Shown: positions 26,536 through 36,952 of the stretch, one piece after another
Numbering within the stretch: the stretch's first letter is position 1
Layout of the letters: each line of letters opens with the position of its first letter
Assembly: GCF_022539665.2 (NCBI RefSeq)
Contig: NC_081331.1
Span: 5,952,001-6,016,000 of the forward strand
From: Daphnia carinata
Lineage: Eukaryota
Reading direction: 5' to 3'
Length of the DNA stretch: 64,000 nucleotides
Notes under the pieces: model-generated
What the model was told of the DNA's origin: nothing
Databases searched by the model: none
Seen by the model: the letters and a program-made list of their open reading frames with translations, nothing else
Position numbers and translations under genes: made by a program

Positions 26536-27432
26536 CACGAGTTCAACATAAAACAGGAATTAGGTACTTTTCGGTTTTTTGTCTATCGAAAAAGTATTTT
26601 TAATGCTATTATTTTGCATTCACAGAATTTTAGTGGGGGATCAAGTCAAGTCTGGAAGTGTTACAGGATGGAAGAGTGAGCCTACAGTTGAAAAACACTG
26701 AAAGTGCATTACCATTAAGGTATGAGGTAAAGTAATAGAGTATGCAAATTGTCTAATGAGAAGTACCATCTTGTGTGAATGAATCCTGTGTAACAGCAAT
26801 CCTTTATAGTTCTGTCACAGCTAGAAGCCTCAAATAATTCTGCTTCTCTTGCTAAAGAACAACTTGTCCTTTATGTTCACAGTGTTGGTGAAGCTGGGTA
26901 CTTAAATGGCCCTAAAGATGTTTTAATTTTGCTGCTGTTGCAGAGATGAACATCATACATAGACTCTTTAGGTATGAAAAGAATTTTCTTCAAATAATTT
27001 TGAATTTATGACGAAGAATTTCTCTTCCTTTTTGCCAACCAGGTGTAATCTAAAAAAAAATTTTTATCCAATAGGAAAGGATTTTCAGCATACTGGTAAC
27101 ACAACTATCAACAATGCAACATTCTAGGGGTGCTATTTTATCATTCAAGAGCCTTATACAATGATTTTCATCTGCAATTTGTATGGCCTTTCCCAAGCTT
27201 CTGCCAGAAGTTGAATCTATAAGTCATGTAAGTCACATGAGCAACAATTGAGATGCTTAATGGTGTTTTTCTTTTCTCAGCATAGGTTAATAGTAACATT
27301 GGATCTGAAAAGATTCTTGGTTGGGGCAAGACACTGAATGAATTGTAATGATTGAATGGATGACATGACATTTCTATACTTAATTTGGATTCCCGAGACG
27401 GTATTTTATATTTAAAAAATTGAAGTGCATAT

Positions 27433-27799
27433 CTGGGCTCCCTTCCTTTCCGTAGCCCCGTTTCCCCTTGACTCGTAATAAGCCCGTAGGGGGTCATGCC
27501 CCTACTGTACGGTATATATAAAAACAACATATACCGAGGTTTGGAGGGCTCTGGCCGGAAAGGGGACGTGGATGTCCGCTTAGTCCGATGATGTGTTCAC
27601 GGAGGGCTCCGTGGCTACCCACAAATCCGAACTAAAGGTTAATCGCTCCTGTAAAAATGTTCCAAATCTTCAGCTCTTCTTCCGGCTTCTCTTAGCCAAT
27701 CACCGGGTAATCTCCCCGGTGGGTCAACAAGGCAGTGTCTCCCCCTGCCTGGGTTGACGGCAACTTTTGAAAGGGCTATTGTGCCTTTTTAAAAGTTGC
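27433..27799 (+). ncRNA. Unidentified GC-rich, multi-hairpin structured RNA candidate (left copy)
   Basis: Consecutive stems: TTCCTTTCCG/CGGAAAGGGG, GTAGGGG/CCCCTAC, CGGTATAT/ATATACCG, GGACG/TGTCC, CACGGA/TCCGTG, CACCGGG/CCCGGTG, GTCAAC..AGGCAG/CTGCCT..GTTGAC, and a 17-bp terminal hairpin at 27760-27799. Most G-U wobbles favour the + strand, though two stems pair slightly better on the other strand. Confidence 0.5.
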
Positions 27800-28021
27800 A
27801 AAAATAATTGTACTCTGCAGAGAATTGTCAATAAATTTTTTTTTCATAAAATATTTTTTGCAAAATTTGTCTCTTTCATTGTCTGTGTTCGCTTTGTTCA
27901 CACATTAAATATATCGCCTTTTTTTTTATTTAGCTTGCTCAATTCACCTATATTGTTTTATGCCAGCTTTGTTGGTAAGCATTGTTTCCATTGGTTTATC
28001 GTTTATCTGTAAGCATTCAAT

Positions 28022-28091
28022 TATTATCCAGGGATCGAACCCTGGATGTTCGGCATACCGCGCCGATGCTCTACCAATGAGCCATGAATCA
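28022..28091 (-). pseudogene. tRNA-like element (degenerate; GGT at anticodon position)
   Basis: Reverse strand TGGCTCATTGGTAGAGCA-TCGGC-GCGGTAT-GCCGA-...GGGTTCGATCCC shows A box, D stem, anticodon stem and B box. The acceptor stem does not pair. Confidence 0.65.
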
Positions 28092-28210
28092 TATGAAGTT
28101 AAGTTGGCTTTTTTCTAGTCACTTGCAGACTTGCATTTACACTTTGAATAAAACTTAAATGCAATACTGCAATACTATTTTCTACATTTAGATGTAGATC
28201 TTTATACATC

Positions 28211-28277
28211 TACTAAGGGTTGAACCCAAGGTAACAGTTATCGGAGCTGAATGCTCTACCACAGAGCTATGGACCTT
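28211..28277 (-). pseudogene. tRNA-like element (more degenerate)
   Basis: Reverse strand TAGCTCTGTGGTAGAGCA...GGGTTCAACCC gives A-box-like and B-box-like motifs at tRNA spacing. The anticodon arm is poor. Confidence 0.55.
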
Positions 28278-28372
28278 ATGAAAAAAATAGAAAGATCAAC
28301 ATATAGTTGTGATAGACTGCATAAACATCCTAGACGATAACATATGATATGCGATAATAAAAAATTTAGATA

Positions 28373-28443
28373 TATCTCGTGGCTCAATGTTAAAGCATCG
28401 GCGTTGCACGCTGAATGACTGGGGATCGATTCCCATACCAGTA
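28373..28443 (+). pseudogene. tRNA-like element (degenerate; TGC at anticodon position)
   Basis: TGGCTCAATGTTAAAGCA-TCGGC-GTTGCAC-GCTGA-...GGGGATCGATTCCC is homologous to the 28022-28091 unit. The B box is mutated and there is no acceptor stem. Confidence 0.55.
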
Positions 28444-28729
28444 AAACAATATATATAACAATACAAATACAAAATTACTTCAGAAAATATCCAGGTATTA
28501 CACGTTGTTCCTTGTCTAAGTCCAAGAATTCAAAAAGTGTAATAAATAACAATTGAATACCTACAGATAAACGATACAACGGTGGCAAAAACAAGAAAGA
28601 TAAATTGAATAATAAAAAAAAGCTGATAAATGTAATGTGTGAACACAGACAATGAAAGAAACAAATTTGCAACAAACATTTTGAAAAAAAAAATTTATTG
28701 ACAATTCTCTGCACATTACAATTATTTTT

Positions 28730-29095
28730 GCAACTTTAAAAAGGCACAATAGCCCTTTCAAAAGTTGCCGTCAACCCAGGCAGGGGGAGACACTGCCTTG
28801 TTGACCCACCGGGGAGATTACCCGGTGATTGGCTAAGAGAAGCCGGAAGAAGAGCTGAAGATTTGGAACATTTTTACAGGAGCGATTAACCTTTAGTTCG
28901 GATTTGTGGGTAGCCACATCGCTCTCCGTGAACACATCATCGGACTAGGCGGCACCCCACGTCCCCTTTCCGGCCAGAGCCCTCCAAACCTCGGTATATG
29001 TTGTTTTTATATATACCGTACAGTAGGGGCATGACCCCCTACGGGCTTATTACGAGTCAAGGGGAAACGAGGCTTCAGAAAAGAAGGGAGCCCAG
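28730..29095 (-). ncRNA. Unidentified structured RNA candidate (right copy)
   Basis: Inverted copy of 27433-27799. About 180 nt (28735-28917) appear identical to the left copy, and substitutions in the first stem are C>T changes that keep pairing as G-U. Confidence 0.45.
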
Positions 29096-29995
29096 ATATG
29101 TACTTCAATTTTTTTAATATCAAATACCGTCTGGGGAATCCGAATTAAGTATAGAAATGTCATGTCATCCATCGAATCAATACAATTTATTCAGTGTCTT
29201 GCCCCAACCAAGAATCTTTTCAGATCCAATGTTACTATTAACCTATGCTGAGAAAAGAAAAACAACACCATTAAGCATCTCAATTGTTGCTCATGTGACT
29301 TACATGACTTATAGATTCAACTTCTGGCAGAAGCTTGGGAAAGGACATACAAATTGCAGATTAACATCATTGTATAAGGTTCTTGAATGATAAACTAGCA
29401 CCTGTAGAACGTTGCATTGTTGATAGTTGTGTTCCCAGTATATGAAAATCCTTTCCTATTGGATAAATTTTTTTTTTGTACATTACACCTGGTTGGCAAA
29501 AAGGAAGAGAAATTATTCGTCGTAAATTCAAAATTATTTGAAGAAAATTCCTTTCATACATAAAGTGTCCATGTATGATGTTCATCTCTGTAACTGCAGC
29601 AAAATTAAAACATCTTTAGGACCATTTAAGTACCCAGTTTCACCAACACTGTGAATGTAAAGGACAAGTTGTTCTTTAGCCAGGGAAGCAGAATTATTTG
29701 AGGCTTCTAGCTGTGACAGAACTATAAAGGATTGCTGTTGTACAGGATTCATTAACACACGATGGTACTTCTCATTAGACAATTTGCATCTCTATTAATT
29801 TACCTCACACCTTAACGGTAATGCACTCTCAGTGTTTTTTCATCTGTAGGCTCACTCTTCCATCCTGTAACACTTCCAGACTTGACTTGATCCCCTGCTA
29901 AAATTCTGTGAATGCAAAATAATAGCATTAAAAATACTTTTTCGATAGACAAAAAACCAAAAAGTACCTAATTTATGTTTTATGTTGAACTCGTG

Positions 29996-30572
29996 CTATT
30001 TCTGGGTTTCCGTACCACACCCATTTTCGGCCGAAATACGGTCCCACAATTGTTCAATTCCTTCGCTGCATGGACCTATTACTAACGATTCTTTTAGTGC
30101 AGCACTAACAGAATTTAAATTTAACACACTGTCAGGTGGTGGACTGAATAACTAAACAATAAATAATTGTTTGTTAAAATTCTATACTTATTTTGAATTC
30201 TTATTTGAAAAGTTTAGGTACCTGACTGTGTTCGCCTAATGTCAATTCATCCTCATGTTCAGTTAGGGATGAGTTTGGAAAAACCTCCTTCACTGTTTGG
30301 AAACTGTTCCGTTCCAATTTGTTCTTTTTCCCTAGCTGAGCTTGTAGACTCAAAATTTGAGCTACAAAACACAAATGAATAAAAGCAAATAAATAGAATC
30401 ATTACGTATTAGGCCTTACCATCCTTAGCTTTGCTGTTATCTAATACTTTGGGTTGTTCCAATAATTGGGCCTGCAGCTTCATAATTTGATCTAATAAAC
30501 AACAATTAATAATTGAAAACCAATATAATAATGTTTATACTTACCATCCTTTTGTTGTATTATCTTACCCAT
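29996..30572 (-). CDS. Putative 131-aa orphan protein, right palindrome arm (4 exons)
   Basis: Exons 30572-30545, 30491-30420, 30361-30222 and 30151-29996 (28/72/140/156 nt, same as the left copy): MGKIIQQKDDQIMKLQAQLL...KDAQILSLQAQLG...ENGCGTETQK*. The stop falls at the same codon (TAG vs TAA). Confidence 0.55.
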
Positions 30573-31918
30573 TTTTCAATTGTTCCTCCAGCCAGGCGTT
30601 ATTCTCTCCAGCCACGCGTTATTCTCTCCATCCACGCTACTGAACTAACTGCGAATGGCATCCAATGGACTGAAATTGCCTACGCCAGTAATAACAAGTC
30701 TGAGCGGTAGATGGCTACGTGTCGGAAAAAAAGAAAAAAGTGCGATTTCTTTTTTTACAGCTATGGCCATCTATCGGCCAGATTCCTACTTAATTTTCTA
30801 AATACAACTTTACGAATTCTAGCCATATAAATATATAATTTTTTTAATTAATAACTTTATTTCATTAAAATGAGTGTCAGTTGTTGCAGAAAAGTTTTTA
30901 AGCCCGACCGAGAAAACTCGGGCTTATTTAGTCGGGCTTAAAAATATTTTATGCAAAAAGTAAAACTCATCGGAATTGGTTGAATATCGCAGGATATACT
31001 CAAAATTGAATGCTGATTCTGGGAAAACTGTTACTTTTTTCATTAAGTTTATCCTTGTTTGTTGATCAGTTTAGTTTAATCAGGGTATATGGTTGTCGCG
31101 ATTCAATAGTAACCATTCCAATCGGTAATTTCCCGAACGCAGCAAGTGCCCCTAGTTTTGATAGAATCCCTATCCGGAAATTGCAAGTTTCCTTAAAAAT
31201 TGCATGACATTCTACAAAAAGAAACACGAATAGAAGTAATAAATCTTTAGGACAAGTCGTCGTTTATTTTTTCCTAGCCAAGCAACGTGTAGTTTTCACG
31301 TTGCAACCTGCAAATAGGTGCGACAACTAAAAAGAAACTTTTGGTATTGTGGCCACTTTCTATATTTCACAGTTCAGCTTATGCTTAATAACCACAAAGG
31401 ATCATACCTTTTAACATTTCCAATTCATGGTTTAGTTAGGTTTCCATTCAAAAACGTCGAATTTCATGTTACTTAACTACGTTACGATCGAAACGCTAAA
31501 ATGACTATAATCTTCCGTTTTTCGCAATAGGCCCGCGAAGGTATTTGTTGCAAAAGTTTGGGCGTTACTTGGTGCAGCCAATTCCAATCATGCAGGGTTG
31601 AGCTATTCTTGTTCATGAATTGATGTATTGCGAGCGGCACGAAACGATGTAATCTGTCCCTATAAATGGTATTAGGCTACTGTTTGCGGGGACGATGGAG
31701 GCCAATATGTTGACATTGATAATACAATCATTCCCTCGCGCATGTTTTACTACACACAAGGCTAACGCGCGAGTGCGTTCAATTGAACCATCTTACCACG
31801 CACCCCCCAGTGCGCATTCAGGGATTTTGCAACGAGCAACGTTACTCCTGTACAAATCCTCGGGAGGTACTGTGCGATCGAAGTCTTGCGGGAACGTTCA
31901 GTCGGCAAACATCTGTCG

Positions 31919-32875
31919 ATGCCGATGGAGTCAGCAGCAGATCGGGCTTCGTATTTATCTGATGCCGTTATTCGTGGCCACTATCGCCAAGTCAAATTTT
32001 ATTTAGACGCTGGCTATGACCAGGATTATATCGATCATTATCGCGAAGGTAAAACACAATTTAAACATTTTAAGGTTGTTAAAGAAAATGTAAACAAAAA
32101 TTATATGGGTATATAGGAAGCACCCCCCTGATACTGGCGGTTACCCAGTTAAAGGACGACGAATCAATAAGAAATCGCTTAATTGTTCTTTTACTACATG
32201 CCGGAGCTGATCCAAACATCGGTGATAGGTACGGCATGACACCACTAATGCACTCTATTTTACGACGACAAACGAGCTCTATCCGTCTTCTATTGGAATC
32301 GGTATAAGATGGCTCACATTCTTCTAAAGACTTAAAAGAATTCTAGATAATTAATTATATAACAGAAACGACTAGATCACGGCATGGAGGACTTAGATGG
32401 AAACAGTGCATTAATGCATGCCGCCTCACTTGGTTTAACGGAGATAGTGGCAATCATCCTCGACCGATTAAGCGCAGTCCACCGAATGATATGTCTTGGT
32501 TATACAGATTAAAGTTTTTTTTTAAAGAATTTATCTTGAATATTTGAATAATAAAATTTTTTTTTAGGACAGAAAAACCGAAATGGGCTTACAGCTGGAA
32601 ATCTGGCTGAAGGATATGAAAAGAAGGAATTAGCCGATTTACTGAGCTGGAAGAACCAATATTTCCTGCCTAGGAACTTTGAAGGTTTCGCTTATCCCCG
32701 TCAGCTTGATCAAGAAAAAAATACTTCATCGACTAGTAGCAATGATGGGCTGCAGGCATTCAAAGGTGACAATCAAACTCCATACACCCCCGAAATACAA
32801 AGGCGCCATTGGCGGAAGTGTGCAAAGCTAAACGATGGTAACTGCTCAGATCAAACTGGTAGCAATCAACAGTAA
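31919..32875 (+). CDS. Ankyrin-repeat protein (4 exons)
   Basis: Ankyrin motifs GSTPLILAV, LLLHAGADPNIGDRYGMTPLM, DLDGNSALMHAA and KNRNGLTAGNLA across short GT-AG introns; stop at 32873-32875. Confidence 0.8.
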
Positions 32876-33295
32876 AGCAATTTTCGTCCTTTATGAGTTT
32901 CGCATAACAAAAGTAAACGCTCCTGGACAATTGTGGATTCACAAACGAAAACATCGCCTTCGACAGCCATCTAAGTAAACTACAAAATATAACAATAAAG
33001 CTGATATTTCAACTGCATTGGTTTTGTTGTAGTTTCCCAAACAGTTTTGTTGAACAAGTAATAAACTATCTGGGATTACAAAGGCACGCGATTTGCTACA
33101 ATGACCTAATCAATCAATTTAAAAGTCAAACAAATGTTAACGATTCAACAGCCTGAATACTTCTGTGTTTTGCGAGCCCAAGTTTTTTTGTTTCTTGAAT
33201 AAATTCTCTATATCATTTTCTAAATGAAACGGTTTAAATGTATGTTTAACGTTTTTACAATAACGTTTTAAATCAATCTTTAGTAGGTAAATAAT

Positions 33296-34876
33296 TTATG
33301 GAAACATGTGTTGCGTTAAACATACATCTAAATGATTGTTGAGTGCGTCGTTTGACTGAAATGCTAAGTTGCATTTCGGGCACTCAAAACTTGTCATTAC
33401 CACGTCGTCCGACGGATCCCCTGATACTGACACGAAAGAATTTTCTACCGTACCTTCTAGTTGTCGTTTCAATAGACGGATTTCTTGTTCCAAAGTATCC
33501 TTCTCTCCAGCTAAAGTTTGACGTGCTTCACGTTCGGCCTCGAAATCAGATCGAAAGAGTTCCATCTGCAATTTTAAAAAATCCGCCTTTGTATTTACAC
33601 CAATGAGATAAGAAAAGAAAAACAAACAGACCAAAAAAGAAGAAATAATCAAACCTGTGCTTTCAAGATAGGCATGGTTTCCAGACACTTCTCCATTCGG
33701 GATATTTCAGACTGTAATTCCGTGATGTCAACTTGTTTGCTAAGCACCATTTCCTCTGCGACGACCAGCCGAGTGTTTGCAGAAGTCACTTGCTCCTCCA
33801 ATTCAAGATAATTTTTTTTTAACTGTACGTTTGCTTTTGTCAACTCCTCTAACTCTGCAACGCTAGGGCCTTCCACAACCTGGCTTCGTTGTCCCCATTT
33901 CTTTGACAGTTCTTGAAAGTCAACCATCAACTGATCTAGCTGAGCTGTTGTTTGATTCAGTAAAATTCTAATAATTTGAAATATTTCGGAGATAAATAGG
34001 CAGTCATCCAGCTAATGAACAGCAATTTGCTTACTGTTTGTTCTTGTTGCTTTCCATTTCATTTGCCAGCTGCTCTCTTAGGAAATCTGTTTCGTTTTGC
34101 ATTTGGCTCGTGAACGTACCTGTATTTCGTTTAGCGTTTTCGCGCTCGTGGAAAAGGGAATCATAGCTTGGTAATTCATCACCTTGCTGTTTTGCTTTTA
34201 AAGTTTGGTCGCTTGGTGGAGGAGAAGCAATAAGAACGTAGCTATCAAGGGATTCCAATCCTTCCTATTAAATATAAAAGGATAATGATGAAAGGTACAG
34301 AGTCGAAGCAAAATAAGGATGCAAATTTATTTACAGGAAACACAATTGAACAAATATATTTAAACTAAGAGAAAGAATTATTACACACCTGTGTATGGAT
34401 TGGTCTTACAACTCCAGGAACATTTAAACTTGAACAAGTATTATTCCCAGTCAAATCAATTCTTTGCTTTAATATAGCATTTTCCTCTTTCAGCTGGAAA
34501 TCGATCAATCAAACAGTGTTATAAATACTCCCGATATTTTAGCACTTTGATATAATACCTTAGTTATAAGTTCCTTAGCTTTTTCAACTTTACTGTGATA
34601 TACGTTTTGTACTTTTACAACTTCGTCTTGCCATTCCACAAGTGTTGAAGAAAGTTGTTGCATATAAGTATTATTCTGTTGTAATGTATCTGGAAATTTT
34701 TAATTAACTACATTAACAACAAGTGACTCTCGGAATAAAATGGAATATTACGTACTTCGCAAATCGGAATTTTCCTTAATAAGCTGCTGTATCTTTTCTT
34801 CTACCTCCACAACACTGAGAAGAGTATTACTTTCTGGAGTTCTATTCTGTGAACAGTACATGCTTTTCGAAGTCAT
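33296..34876 (-). CDS. Optineurin / NEMO (IKK-gamma, kenny)-like ubiquitin-binding adaptor (multi-exon)
   Basis: N-terminal NEMO-type coiled coil (IQQLIKENSDLR..LQQNN..W), LIR-like SLDSYVLI, UBAN (ILKAQ..MELFRSDFEAEREAR) and C-terminal CCHC zinc finger CPKC...HLDVC. Confidence 0.85.
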
Positions 34877-35166
34877 TTGTGTCTTCGTTTTTGTTACAAC
34901 ACTCTATTGCACACTACGTTTTCCTTATCTTAGAATTTTCGATCCATTTGGTTTTAATAACGCTCTGTAAAATCTAGATGAAAAAGCACTAGCAGACGAA
35001 CTGCAAACGTTAAAACATTACACCTAACGTGCCAAACATGCCACCTATGGGATACAAAATTGTTTGCTGGGAACTGATTGGAAGCCGGGGCGGAATTCCA
35101 AAAAAAAACAAGGTTGACATACTTAATTATATATATACTATATACATACTAATCTGCTAGTAACTG

Positions 35167-35898
35167 CATGGTGTATTAGTAATGGTGAGACAACTCTCCA
35201 TTTTAAGGCCTATCTCGAATGAAGCCTGTTTTCAGAGGAGGTGGGTGTGGCCTAATTGAGGAGACTTATAGCCAACGCCACCATCGGAACTACTTAGGAA
35301 CTAGATCATTCGCCAACCACTGAATGGCAAAGAGGAGATGTACTAGTGTCGCGGTAGAGGAGTAATTACAAATACAGTGGTCTAATGGATAGAACATTCG
35401 ATTGCAGTACGGGAGTCTCGAGTTCGAACCCAGTATAAATCTTTCTTTTTTCTCCTTTCCTAACGTAAACTGGCCCCGTGCGGCGCTAGGTTCCACTTTC
35501 CACTGTTTTTCCACACATTTCAATTCTATATTAGTTACCAAACCGTGGAAAGTGGAAAGCTAAAAAGTTTTGTTGATTTTTATTTTGTTACGGAGCGACA
35601 AGTACAAACAAGATTTTTTCCCACTTCTTCCACATTCTATACGAAGTAAACATAAAAATACGATAATATAACTACATAAAGGTTAGAAGTTAATTTTGAT
35701 ATGTAACAGGTAATGGGATAATGGGACATGTCCCCTTGTTTGGACTTAGAAAAATTTTAAAGTAGGTGCAGCCTTTACTTTTTATTCAATATCGGCCACT
35801 AAGCGTCTCTCACTATAGGTAACCTGGACCACAAATAGGCTTCAGCCGAGATAGGCCGTTATAACGAAGAGTTGTCTCACCATTACTAATACACCATG
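35167..35898. mobile_element. Non-autonomous DNA transposon (MITE), 732 bp, probably P superfamily
   Basis: Perfect 31-bp TIR CATGGTGTATTAGTAATGGTGAGACAACTCT with an imperfect ~35-bp extension; 7-bp direct repeat GTAACTG at 35160-35166 and 35899-35905; no transposase ORF. Confidence 0.88.
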
Positions 35899-36350
35899 GT
35901 AACTGTACGCCCTATTGGTGCAATTTGGTACGTATTGTGTCTAACACCAATAGGTGCGAGTATCGTATACGTAGCTCGATGATTAGCTGCCTGCATCCAT
36001 GCATCCTAGTGGGGAGACTTACCAACAACCTACGAGCTACGATTACCTCTTCTCTACCTCAGTTTTGGGTCGATCTTCAACATGTAGTGAACGGTACTAC
36101 AGATCGATGTGAAACGTCTGTATACGTGTCGAGTCGAGTGTGTATTTTTTTTTTAGCATCGTGCCATTTTTAGCCCCTTTATAGTAGGCATGGCTCTTCT
36201 TCTTTCTTGAAGGTTATTTTGTGAAGATGATGTCCGAAGCGATGAAGATGAAGAATCTTGCGAATCCGTTGTGATGAATCTTTAGTGGGGGTGGGCGGGA
36301 GGACGAGGGTGGTGGCGAGATAGTATGGTGGGAAGGGAGGGCTTGTAAAT

Positions 36351-36421
36351 TGGAGGTGGCGGGATTTGAACCCGGGACGTCAGAATACAAAGCGAGGGTA
36401 TAGCCATTGTGCCAGGACCGC
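36351..36421 (-). pseudogene. tRNA-like / SINE-head-like element
   Basis: Reverse strand TGGCACAATGG (A box) and GGGTTCAAATCCC (B box) at tRNA spacing; anticodon and acceptor stems do not pair. Confidence 0.55.
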
Positions 36422-36952
36422 ACAACCCAACCAAATTTTGCTTTTGGTGTAAGCCATTCAAATAGGCAGCAAAGGTACCTAGTAAATGTAATTGAAGTAT
36501 GGCGCTGTGATATTGTTCGCGGCTGCCATGCCATTATGACGGGTTCAAAGCGTTGTTTATTTAAATTTTTTTTTTTTTGCGTTTAGCAACGCACTAGTAA
36601 CTTTGGGCCCTTCCAGGGCCGGAGAATAGGTGGTGCTAGCGTATTTTAAAACGCTAATAAATCAAAACTAAATCGATACAAGAATCTTTAATATACTGAA
36701 AGAAAATAAGTATAAACTCTCAATGTATTTAAAAAAAGCAGATGCAACACAACAACTGGAATGCAGGAATATGTCAATTAGTTATTTGCACAGAAATATC
36801 ATCAACAGTTGACACCGTTAATGCTAAATGATTGTTCAGCCCTATCTTTAAAGTCCCATAACCAAACTAAAGTTCCCTAGTACGTACGTGGCAGGTCTGT
36901 GATGCATCAACATAGCTCAGATCACATTGTTGGTTAGTCATTTAGTGCCTCA

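Larger units (their letters stand above)
25790..30755. repeat. Large inverted duplication (palindrome): arms ~25790-28027 and ~28545-30755, spacer ~520 bp
   Basis: Outer ends match in reverse complement (AAATCACACTTTTTTCTCTTTTTTCTACCCGTAGCCATCTACC vs GGTAGATGGCTACGTGTCGGAAAAAAAGAAAAAAGTGCGATTT). Inner ends also match (TATCGTTTATCTGTAAGCATTCAATT vs AATTGAATACCTACAGATAAACGATA). The arms are colinear throughout. Confidence 0.96.

Noticed and set aside
27450..27640. Partial resemblance of the structured segment to RNase P/MRP, 7SL and U2 motifs
   Set aside because: Only short isolated matches. The required CR-I/CR-V P4 pairing, SRP helix 8 motif and U2 branch-pairing sequence are absent.
28022..28443. 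Functional tRNA-Thr/tRNA-Ala genes
   Set aside because: Acceptor stems do not pair and invariant positions are mutated; recorded as tRNA-like only.
28855..28900. CTGAAGA (hammerhead-like core) and TAACCT (telomerase-template-like for TTAGG) in the structured segment
   Set aside because: No stem II and GAAA at hammerhead spacing; the 6-nt template match is too short; both lie on the strand less favoured by the wobble evidence.
25735..30771. CTATGGCAATC (left) and CTATGGCCATC (right) as a possible TSD for the palindrome
   Set aside because: Imperfect and not flush with the arm ends.
30896..30943. 13-bp inverted repeat TTTTAAGCCCGAC/GTCGGGCTTAAAA, with similar words near 56060-56130
   Set aside because: Probably fragments of a dispersed repeat; too little sequence to define an element.
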